In this document: piece after piece, positions 15,101-27,100 of the stretch
How the letters are laid out: each line of letters begins with the position of its first letter
Position numbering within the stretch: position 1 is the first letter of the stretch
Assembly (NCBI GenBank): GCA_002633005.1
Contig: NMRA01000502.1
Span: 1 to 64,000 of the forward strand
Direction: 5' to 3'
DNA: 64,000 nucleotides
Source: Phoronis australis
Lineage: Eukaryota > Animalia > Phoronida
Made by a program: the position numbers and the translations under genes
Notes under the pieces: model-generated
The model's input: the letters and a program-made list of their open reading frames with translations, nothing else
Databases searched by the model: none
Told to the model about the DNA's origin: nothing

Positions 15101-18100
15101 GACGAGTAAAAAACTTGTTGAAACGAGTGCATGGCTTCGTTCCTTCACTGCCAGCTGGAATCGGGCACATGTCAATAGATATGGAGTGCCATAGAGTTAT
15201 TAAAGAAGTAATTTTTGCGCATGCGTTGAAATATGCTTAATCACGGCCTAGTTTTGCTTAATCTACGCGTAATTTTAATCACTTCATATAGTCAAACCAC
15301 GACCGTGCTCTCGAATTAATTTGATTAAGAGCAGAACGATGATCGTTTAAGAACTAAAAGTACGCGCATATTAAGTAAAAGTACGCGTAGATTAATCAAA
15401 AATGCACGTAGAGTAAACAAAAGTGCACGGAAATTAAGCACATTTCAACGCACAAAATAATATGTTTAGGAACGCTGTGGCGCTTCGTATATAGGAGTGC
15501 TGCAATCGTCAGTTTACACGTACATGTATATTGCACGCGTGAATCCGGAAGTCGGGCTGCTCAGTTTTGGTAAATGAGAACACATCCATGTATATTGCAA
15601 GTGTCCCGGACACATTGCACTTTTATGTTGATATGTGTACGATAAGGCCACTGATCCACATTAGAAATAATAACATAATAACAATCACGAGCACACATTT
15701 TACTGTGTATTTCACTCGTGCGTGCATTCACCTGGCGGCGAAAGAGCGAAGATACGGACTCGTTAGAGCGAGTGTAATCCATTCGCATGGCGAGAGCATT
15801 ACACACGTTCTCAAAAAACACATTTGGGTTCGATATCTTTCTGACCACCGCCAATAACACCCCACAACAAACGTCAAATGAAAAAATGGCTAAGGTAGAC
15901 TCGATTCAGTCTTACTAGTACTGTCTCAAAAATCAACACAATGGAACAACACTTACTTGTGTACGTGACTGGGTCGTTGGTGGCAGTTAGGAAAGTACTG
16001 TCTGAACCACTGTTATGTACGCCTATCCACAGTGGAAAAGTTAATGCCAAGTCTTTACCCTGAAACATTAATCGGGGTTGTCCGACAAAGATAAAAAATG
16101 AAGCCAGGAACATTACGTCACAACATACAAACAAACAAAAGACGTTGGAAAATCAATACTGTTTTAGGGATTCGGCGTAATTTGCCCCAAAACTGTCGTT
16201 TTTACGACACTGACTAATTTGTAAAACATTTGAAAATTAGTTTTGACTTGAATAGCAAACAATTTAATATGAAAAAAATAGTGATAATGCGCTCAGTTTC
16301 CCCGACATCATATATTATCACAATGAAGTCCTACCGACGTATAAACGCAAGTGCTGACTTGTGTGACTTCGCAGTAAAACGACAAACTTGAACTTATTCA
16401 GAAGAAGAAAGCTTGTGAACATTAACTTATTATATAATTCCAACAACACAAACTCGTCTTGTAATGAATCCGGCGAGAGCAATCTTGATTCTGAAGGTGG
16501 GGCATGTGTATGTTCACGGCGACTCTCTAGTATTCCTTGATCAGTGTATTCCGGTTCGAATTGCGCCTGTGAAACCTAACGATCCGACCTGTGAATTCTT
16601 CGTCGCCTGAGCTCTTGACTAAGTCGGGATGAGCGAGGGGCGAGTTGCCATGTAGACGTTTATTATTCTGCTTTCAGTGCTGTAGTGGTAAAATTAGGGG
16701 TAAGTAGGCGCCCAAAGCCCACCGTATCACCTTTAGCACTGAACGTAACTTACGATGCGTAGGCGCTACGTTCAAATGCCAAAAGGTGGTTGGCTGCGCC
16801 TACGTGCGCCTACACCCAGTTACAGCACTGTCTGAGTTCTGTCTTTGAAAATGAATAATTCTCATCCTAACTACTGCTTATATGAAACTGAAACAGTCTG
16901 TCTCATTAGATACAATTTGTAATGTATTGGAGTGCTCGTAAGTGCAAATGTTTTGAGAAGCCAGCAATGAATAAACCACTGCGTTACCGGCTTTTGATGA
17001 CGGCAACATAGGTAATTGACCGGGCACCGAGCTAGGCCGTGTGAGCGCATGCTAATTTAGTGTTTGCTGATAGAAAGCTGTTGTGAAACAATTACTCGAT
17101 TTTATATGCTATGGTCACAGGTTAGGGGAATCTTTATTTAGAAATACAAATACATTATTCAAATCGTTGTTACTGTACAACCTTTGCCCTGACGGTCTGA
17201 GGAAGGGGAACCCGACATCGCGGACCCGACAAGTAAGTAGATTTTCAGTTTCGTGGCTAATTCACATAAATAATTACGTGCATATTCTTTCTTTGGCTCA
17301 CTATTATATTTTTTCGTGATTGGAGGTTTAGTTTTCAAACTCAAGCTGGTTTATGTTCGTGCCAGTCCCGGCGGCCGCGACGGGCCTGATCGGGTTCCAA
17401 GCCACTGGCCGGGATGACGAGTCAGTCCTGGCGCGACGGGCCTGATCGGGCTCCGAGCCACTGGCCGGGATAACAAGCGTTTTGTGTGTTTATAACTCAA
17501 AAAATCACAAGTATAACGACACAGATATAGATTCTCCTGTCTGTATTTCACGGAAGAATACTTCGAATTCATCTCCGAACAGACTACAAACTCATCAGTG
17601 CTACGGAGCTTGGTAAATTGGCCTGCCGAACTTTGTAGGCTACGGTGTGTCCAAATACCAGTAATTCCGTAACAGCGAAATAAAACAACACGTTTTTATA
17701 AGAACTCGGTGTATTTTTAAGGGTTTTACATCGAAGTTTGACGATTTATTGGTGTTAAACGATGAATTCAAGCGATAAGCTGACACCAGTAACCCGTGTT
17801 GTGAACTGCTGAACAGACTGCGTGTGAAACCAATTACGTTATTGGATAATTTCAACACCTCCGTCTGCCGTCAGGTGTCAGGTAACGCAACTGAACGTGC
17901 CGTTGTCGAGTAGAACTAATCGATATAAATTGATACAAAATAGGTTGCTTTTTTGGGTGGCATTCTCCTTTAAGTGTGTTTGTAGGGATACAAAACTGCT
18001 CATATGTTATAAAAGTACTCTGTAATGTGCGTCAGTGGCCTTATTACTCAATCGTTGCAACTGATGGATAAGTAAAAATACAGGTCGAACAATTTGATGA

Positions 18101-21100
18101 GTTTCTTACGCATGCTCTCGCCCTGTGGACTCACAAGACTTAATGGTACAATATTAACAACCAAATAAAAAAAACAACCTAATTTGGATCGCATTGCATC
18201 TATTGTTGAATTTAAAACACTGACAATGTTTGCAGAATATATATTTTCGATACAGATGAACCGTATCTTATAGTTTGGACATGCTCTATACTCATGTTTA
18301 CCTGTTGCTTTATCCATTCATTTTCTACAGCATTTTTGGGGGTTGCCAAGTTGCCTCCCGCTTCCTGGCAAGTTATTCGAGCAGCTTGCCAGGTTGTCAA
18401 TTCGGGTAAGAAAAGAAATCTGTTCCCATCGTGCATTAGGAAGTCAACTACAAAATGAACGTTTATAAAAGCATGAAATCAATGAAGGTACTCAAAATCT
18501 TGAAAACGCGTTTACTTACGCCAACATAAAGAAATCAGTAAAGATGGAAATGTGATTAGATCCCCTAAAAATAAAGCTGACACAGTTAAACGAAATTAAT
18601 TAGGCTTATGAAACTATGTCATAAATCGCTTTATTCGGGTAAATGAACTAAATAGTTTCCCTGTTTGGTGCCTCCATAGCCCTCTCGCACTTCTGACTGG
18701 CTAGGTCAACGCTACTCCTCTGTCAGACGTTCGAGTGACCTACAGTGTACAATCACGCCGAAATCCAAGTCTCCTCAGCCACCAGACAGGGACACTAGGT
18801 AAAGAAAGACAGTAACAAATAGGGGTGCCAAAGACCTTGCCGAGACCTCCAACAGCGAGACCTCTGCATCCCAAAATGCTGTCAATCCGCCGCCTCCAAT
18901 GGGTTAATGGTCCCAGTTAAGAGGTGCATCTCAGCCTCTATTCTCAGTGTCTACCCCATAATGGATACTCGTGTGCCCACTTCCCTCCACGCAAAAATTC
19001 ATGACGGCCAATATATTCACATAAATACCTTCTTGTTTACACCCATCTCCCCTCCACAACAGGTTACGGTAATCAATAACCAGATATAGCTTCTGCTTTC
19101 TACTGTGTCCCTCACGACCTTCTACTTCACAAACTTCGATCCTATGGCATCACTGGGAATCTTTTAAACCTGATCACCTCATATCTCTCCGATCGTACAT
19201 ACAGTGTTCGTGTCGACGGCGTACTTTCATCTTTATCCCCTCCTGGATTTGTAAACGCAGGTGTACCGCATGGTAGAGTATTGGGCCCTCTTCTCTTCTT
19301 GGTTTATATCAATGACCTTCCTGATAACCTGTCATGTAGCACATACCTTTATGCAGATGACACGGCGCTTTTTTACCCCTTCGCGGGGAGCAGCCCTGAA
19401 AGTTCTTTGCAGCTTCAACACGACTTGAATAAAGTCAGTAATTGGCCACAAGAATGGAGAATAAATTTTAAGCCAGAAAAAAGTGTTGACCTCACCTTCT
19501 CCAAATCTATTAATGTTCTCTTCCTTGTTGACCCGTCTTATGAACTTAAACTTAATGAAGAAATCATTCCTAGAAAACAGTCGCACAGACATCTTGGTAT
19601 ACTGTTAGATGAAAAACTCTCATTCACACCACGCGTTCGGGAGCTCGTACAAAAACTCAGGAACTAATTAACCCACTTAAGCTTGTCTCTCGTCATCTGA
19701 ATTCTACACATTTAGAAGTTCTGTTCAAATCCTGTATACTTCCACACATCGATTATTGTGATAACATATATCAGTCTGCCAATACTGGTGCACTCCAGCA
19801 TTTGGAGAAATTACAGTATCAAACTGCCCTACTCATAACCGGACCTTACAGAGGATCCAATAGTGTTAAGGTTTTGAATAATCTCAAGTGGCCCAAACTG
19901 TCTACTCGACGCAATCTTCAACATGACCACATTTACTTTCAAAGTAATAAACAATGTCAACAACGCCTTTGTCAAAAATATTTGATCTACTGTATATACA
20001 AGACAAGGCCATCGTACTGGTTTGAGGTCCTCCACCCCATATGCAATTCCTCGTCGTTCAGTCAGACATTCAGGAGGTCAACAGTTATGATGTGCATCAA
20101 CAACTGGAATTCTCTTCCAGTCTCTGTTAAGGAAAGCAACTCTTTTCCGAGTATGAAAAATAATTTTAGAACTGTTTTTCATAATTTTGATAACTCAACA
20201 CCATTGACTCAATTCTCCCTTCCCCGCTATAACGAAATAGCATTATACAGATCAATATGCGGTCTTTTCCTCAACTCCGACAAGTTTAGGCATAACTTTA
20301 GTAATGTTTCTCCAAACTGTAAATGTGGTGACCATCAGTCTTATCCTCATGTTAAAGGCAAAGGCAACCTTTTTTCATGTCATTTTTAGCAAAAATAAGG
20401 TTCGTTGATTATCCCAGACATATTTTTCACTTATTTACTGCTTTTCGTAATTTAATTAATTACTCGTCGTCTACTCCGGAAGTGACGTTTTGGGAGGCAA
20501 GAATTTCGCGCCAATTTCTTTTCATATAGTCTGACTGTGAGAGCAGTCGTGTCAGTCATTGTTCTACCTCGGTTGTGATAAGTTCGGTCGTCGTTTGCTT
20601 TTGCTTACGAGTCAGTCAACATGCCACGCTGTTGCTGCGTACTGGGGTGTACTCATTATCGTCTCACGTACAGAGGAAGAACTGTCCCACTTGCCCGAGT
20701 GTCCCGCGACACACTCCCACTGGAGGGTGATCTGAGCACCCAAACTGCTTACATCCCGCCGTGTGACTCCCTCGCCACACACCTGGCACCTTCTAAATAG
20801 CTCCAATACAAGTCCACAATAAACTTATCAAACTTAGGCTCATCGATCTGTTCACTGGATGACGAACTGTCCTCTTCACTGGGTGTCGAACTGGGCCTGT
20901 ATTCACTCCCACTACTCAACATCGCTGCAGGGCTGCTTACAGGCTCTGGGCTAGAGACAACAGCACAGGGCGAATCACTGCTAGTTCCCGGAATTGCACG
21001 CAATGGGGTACGTTCGGAGGCACGGGTGACAGTAGATGAAGTGCCTCCAGTCACTGTATATAGTGGCCACAGCTCGCGAGGCTTCTCGATTCAAAAACGC

Positions 21101-24100
21101 ACTTCTCGGGGTTGGCGACGGGGCACTGCCGGGAATCAACAGCGACGGTATGGTATCCTTCTTCAGGCGTTGTTTGCCAGGGACCTTCATCAATTCAGCG
21201 TACATATTTGTCAGAATTTGACGGCAGAAAATGCTTGCCACACACTCGGTAACCCCCCATTGCTTTGTACGTTGCGTGGACGGGTAGCGCTGCGTTCTTC
21301 ACATGAACAAGCTAGCCAAGTACGGCGAAGTGTGTCAACCTTCGGAAAGCGACGCAAGGTACCTAAAGCGCGTGTGAGACGATAATGAGTACATCCCGGC
21401 ACGCAGCAACAGCGTGGCATGTTGACTGACTTGTAAACAAAAGCAAACGACGACCGAACTTATCACAAACGAGGTAGAACAAGGACTGACGCGACACCTC
21501 TCACAGTCAGACTATAATGAAAAGAAATTGGCGGGAAACTCTTGCCTCCCAAAACGTCACTTCCGGGAGTAGAGGACGAGAAATTAATCAAATTACGAAA
21601 AGCTGTAATAAAGTGAAAAATGTGTCTGGGATAATCAACGAACCTTATTTTTGCTAAAAGTGACATGAAAAAAGGTTGCCTTCGCCTTTAACTTTTCTTC
21701 AAATATCCCCTCACCGAATACCTGAGAGACTCACTCTTTCGTGAACTCAATGAAAACTAATCAATTGTTGAAGCTCTCAATTCTTGTAATAATATCCCTA
21801 CTAAAATTACATTATTATTGAATGGTAGTCCTAACCTTGACCTTGTTCTCTATGAATTCCTCCAAAGCAACGTTAGCAAAATTTTATGTACCGTTTATAA
21901 ACATTGTTGCTTCTGATTTCCATTCACGAATCTGTACATGTTTTTGTCTTTATGTATTCGTAATAGCATACCTAAATATTGGAATGCTTATATTAGATAC
22001 TACTTAAATTTATATACCTCTATGTACATGCATATTAGTTTCATTCATCAATCGTCTACAACCCAGATATAATGCTTCGCGATTTCTGGGTTTGTCATTA
22101 TTTCTTTGTATGTTCTGTGTATTCTTCAATAAATATATATCACTTTAAACAAAAAAATAACCAGAAGGTTGTGCAAAATCAACCTAAATCTAAAGTAACG
22201 TCTATTGCAAATAGACCGATGCATTCCTTATCCTTTCACCCTTATTTATGGAGACGCACTGATACGCCGTACCATGTAACAATTTTGTAAAATGTAACAA
22301 CTGTTACAATTTACGTTGTTGGGCCTCTCCTAAAATGTAACAAGTTGTTACATTTTATATAATTATTACAATTTACGTCGAATGCACATGCAAGAAAGGT
22401 ACTATTCTTACATTTTACGAAAGCAACGCCATATTTCATGAGTTTGAATGGCATTTGTCACACGGAGGATAACCGTTCACACACTTAACGCTTTCTTTCT
22501 CAGATTGTGTAAATCTAATTCTATCAAATGTGCCAGGCCGAATTTATAGATGTACCCCTATGTGCTCCCCATGGTTTTTAGCATGAGTAGTTTTATGGTG
22601 TAGTCCAAAATGTACAGCGTGCAGCTTCAACTCCACAAGAAAGGAGTTTCCAAGATCAGGTAACAAATTTTTTTTATTGTTTTAGCGTTCTTGCAATCTT
22701 TTTGACGCTCAAAAGTCATTAACCAATTGTGTATCCACCATTACAGTAAACACACTTCCCTTCGTATACACAACAATGACATCGTATTTGGCTAATATAT
22801 ATAACGTTTTTCGGGAACAAAGGACAATAACAGCATTTTATACCACAATATTAGCGTCAAATGGCAGATAAAACCGTGTAATAACCCATAAAGTTATCTC
22901 ACTAGTGAGATAACGATTTGGCGGGAAACCGAGGACGGAGTCGAACCCGGGACCTTGGTAGTGCTGATCGCCGACTCTAACCACTACACCACGCAGCGAC
23001 TGACGTCATCAAGAGTGAAAATAGAATACTTAAATGAGCACGCGCAATAATCGCACGTTCAACAAACCGCATTGTACTGTACTTATACGCTACGAAAAAT
23101 AAGACACATAATTTCCATAAAAATGATATCTTAATTCAGTGAAATTTTTCTCTCATGTCCTCTTACTTGTAAATCATCGATCTCCAGTTTGAATGCGGGT
23201 ATCGTGTCGTCAGGATCTTTGACTTGAGAATTATATTCAGTTACCAGTGGTAACCTACTTTAGCAGACGATAATTTCCCGGTCGAAGCTTAGCGTGTAAA
23301 AACCGTGTTTTAAGCTATAATAGTTGCTTAACCTTAATTTAGAGATTCACTTCATTTCTATTTTGTTTTAATTTCCAATTGGTTTTGAGTATAAGCATTA
23401 TTTGACAAAAATAGCTCGGCTTTTCTTAAAAGGTCACGACCTCCGACCCCGGGCCTCTGACATAGAAAGTAGTTACAAAGCCGAGGCGAGTCGAGAAAGG
23501 TAGATCGATTCATTGCAATGTTTCTCGTTTAGTATGTGGTATAAATAGATTATTACATGTTCTCAGTCGTTATCCCCCTTATCTAGAGCCCTCGTGGATT
23601 TTGTAGAATTATCACCCTCGGGGCTGACGCCCCTCGGGCGATAATTCTCCAAAATCCACTCGGGCTCTAGATAACGGGGGATAACGACTTCGCCATGTAA
23701 TAATCTATATTTAACGACGAATTCAATTTCGGAAGTCAATTTGATAGAAAAAAAAATCAGTTTTAGTGCACGATAGTTTGGTTTATTTAGGCTATTGTTT
23801 TATTATCCTGGAGTCATCGCTAATGCAGAAATTGCCCTGCTCCACAAAAAAGGAGAAAAACCAAAGTTGCTGATGCCGACGGGTTCTGTCTACCACCTTA
23901 TTGGAAGAAAATAAAAACACGGATCTATTTGCCTGCAAGTTGATGAATTTTGCAAAAACAACAACAAAATATCGCCTTTGAGAAGGGCGAGTCAATAGTT
24001 TAAAAAGTGGCCGCATAGTAACTTCTTTTATAAAGCTTAAAAGCTGAAAGAAATATCATTGTTCCTATGATGTCAAACCTGTATGAAATAGTGGGGGTAA

Positions 24101-27100
24101 CAACAGGTCAAACAGTCACGTGTACAGGTAAAAATGGGATTCCTAGCTGGGGAAATGGAAAATATTTTACACCCTGAAAGGACATAATCAGTTTGCTCAA
24201 ATGTTGTTTAAGCCGATAGTTTAAAGGTGCAATTGTCCAAAAAATCTGTCTGTCGGCGTTTCGGACTACGAAAACATGCTCTTTCTTTTTCTCTTTTCTT
24301 TTTAAGATAAAACATGAATTAAATCTGCTATTTGGTCATTGTTTGTTAGTTCAAAGTACATGTAAATAAAGACAAAGGCTGGCCATTCTATTATCAATGG
24401 ATGTGACGCCACGTGTCTCATGAGGCTTCATCTTTGTGTTGAAGGGAATTCACGCTTTTGATATTTTGCAATAAATGCTCATATCACACATCATTGACTT
24501 CGACGATGGCGTTTTTTTTTCCGTACATTCTACTTTCAGTGACACCTAATTCAAATTATTTTGTTAAATCATTGTGTTTTCTAAGAACATTGGAGCCCGT
24601 TCCACATAAAATCGTTGGGTGTTTTGTATGTCCGTTACCAGCTATTCTAATGACCCGGTGACCGCAGTCGACAAGTCCTTAGTTCTCGAAAAATGTCTGC
24701 CTCCAGAGTTTAACTTAACACAATTTTTGAATTTACATATCATCGTGGAACGATCCCAGTTCTTCGACAAGAAATGTTTTCAACAAGAGACAAAAATTAT
24801 TACACAGTGGGTACCCTCACGTTTAAATGCAAGTCACGGGTAAAATATGACGGTCTGAATTAAGTTCTTCGAGAAGAACTAAAGATGGTTACAGTTAAAT
24901 TTACAAACAATACAGTGCTTGCCGATAGTTCAGAAATAATCAATTTTTGAAGTTGGTGCACATCTAAACAAGATTTTAAATCTCAACGTCTCCGTTTCCA
25001 AAAAGTAGGCCTACTCTGCATCCACAGCTCTCAAGACGTTCCTCACAATACTGTTAAGACTTAAGATAGGAACCCCGTTTAAATCCTTTTGGAACTGCAT
25101 TCGCTTTCCACTATGGAAAGCCTGATGAAAACATTGAACCATAAGTGAGATGATTTTAAAATCTTTGTGGACCACAGTGTATTAGCACTTTGCTAAACAT
25201 GCATTGTGCCCTCGGTAAATAAATGTAAAAATATTAATAATAAAAATAACGATAACGAAAACAACAACGAGTAATAGTAGTGATAAAGTCATGTAATAGT
25301 AATAAAAATGATAATAGGTAGCCGAATTGATGTCATGTCAGCCCGGAGAGCATTCGTATACAAGAGGTATACGAATAGTGCAGTCCAAATGACTGTTTTT
25401 TCAAAGAAAAAGTACTCTTTAAAATGGTGCCATTTTAGACAAAATTATATCTAAAAGGTGTCTTTCCTGAATTTCTTCGTTTTTGTCCGAGCTCACTCTC
25501 TAAACGGGTAAGTATTCAAATTTCTCGAGCGGCACCCCTCCAAAAGTAACCCAGTATCCCTGGCCGTGTCAGATACCGCTTGTTCGTGATTTTGGTCATT
25601 TTCTTGGCAATATGACGTGGGTTTCGTAAAATGTAACTTTGATAGATTTCTCGCTAGTGCACTCGACGTGAAATGTAACAACTACGTAAAATGCAGCAAC
25701 TTGTTACATTTTAGGAGAGGCTTAGCAACTTAAAATGTAACAATGACTTAAAATGTAACAGTTATTACATTTTAAGAAATTGTTAAATTTTAAGGCGTTG
25801 CAATAGAAGGTAATCGCTTACTTAGAGACGGTTCAGGTTAGACGTTTCGGCCTGGTCCGCAAGGCCTTTTTCGATGATTGAGTGGTTTCTCGCTTTACGC
25901 TGATTAAGTATGGTCGAATACATGGGAGATAAGTGTAGACCTCGGTCCCGGTTCAAGAGAGGGCGAGCATACCAATTCTGTTCTTTGGCTAAAATCTTAG
26001 ATGATTCAAAGGAGAGGGTATGTCCAGTCGCCAATATGTGCTCCCCCACAGCTGTGGGTCTATCTAATTTCTGGTGTTCTTTGAATCTGGTTAGGAAAGG
26101 TCTCTTAGTTTCTCCAATGTAGGTTCGGTTTGAATCCTGGTCACATTTCATCTGGTATAATGACCCACACTGTTTTTCCATTGGCGTTAGTTCTTTGGGT
26201 CTGACTAATAAGGATCGAAGAGTGTTGATGGGTTTCATGTATGAAGAAATTCCGTGCGTTCTGTAAGTGTAATTTAGGCGTTCAGGCGCTCCTTTTATGT
26301 ACATGTATGGAATGGCGACAGAGGGACCTTAGAGTTTTTCAGTACGTTTACGTCTTACGGGGTCAGTGAACATCCATTTCTGGTATCCATTAGCTCGCAA
26401 GGCATTTTCAACACGGTCAACTTCTTCGACAATACGGAAATTCCCGGTTTATCGCGTAAAGTCACGATGTCGATAACTCTACACTTAGCCGCCCATCCGT
26501 AACACATCGGTAATTTCCGTACCGGCCTTGACCTCGAACCGTCAAAAAGCGACTTGTGTGTGGGCGTTTTGGAATCATTTTTGTGCTTTGACTGCTGCGA
26601 ATTTCTTGCGAACTCGCTGGAGCTGGACACCGTGGATGGTATTATAATAAAGAACAATTGCTCATGGTTTGTTGAACTCCTGTTTTGCGTAAATTTATTG
26701 ATATAAGGGTTTGATGTGGACGGCTGAAACGAAGCACCCTTGGAATTTCTAGTCTGAGTGTCATACCTTGTAGTATTATATGTAGTGTATTTGGGACGAT
26801 CAGAAGCTGAGGACGCCTGTAACTTAATCAGCGAAAGGCGGGAGACCCCTCAATCGTCGAAAAAGGCATGGCGGACGAGGCCGAAAGGTCTGCGTCTAAC
26901 CTGAACCGTCTCTAAGTAAGTGATTATCTTCTATTGCAACGCTTCTAGAGACCAATGACCAACGGCGTATCAGCGCACCCCACCGAAGCACTAAACTCCT
27001 GAAATATATGCATGATGTTAGGCTTGGGGCCGTTATACAACGGGGTGGTTGCACTTCAACGAACAGTACCGTTGCGTATACATGTAGTTGTATTGGCTGA

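Larger units (their letters stand above)
19090..22160 (+). mobile_element. 5'-truncated, disrupted CR1/L2-type LINE (reverse transcriptase), interrupted by a Kolobok insertion
   Basis: AFYCVPHDLLLHKLRSYGI...GVPHGRVLGPLLFLVYINDL...YADDT...HLGILLD, with stops and frameshifts. The C-terminal CKCG..H motif resumes after 21691, and there is AATAAA plus an A-rich end near 22128-22158. Confidence 0.9.
22260..25794 (+). mobile_element. Non-autonomous element with AAAATGTAAC subterminal repeats, copy 1 (contains an ~870-bp nested insertion)
   Basis: Both ends carry clustered TGTAAC/GTTACA repeats and cctctcctaaaatgtaac. Colinear inverted homology to 43070-45680. Superfamily not assigned. Confidence 0.75.

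Noticed and set aside
17079-17900. Possible minus-strand solo LTR beginning tgttgtgaa
   Set aside because: Neither the other terminus nor a TSD could be located.
22919-23000. tRNA gene
   Set aside because: A and B boxes are present, but the acceptor and anticodon stems do not pair.
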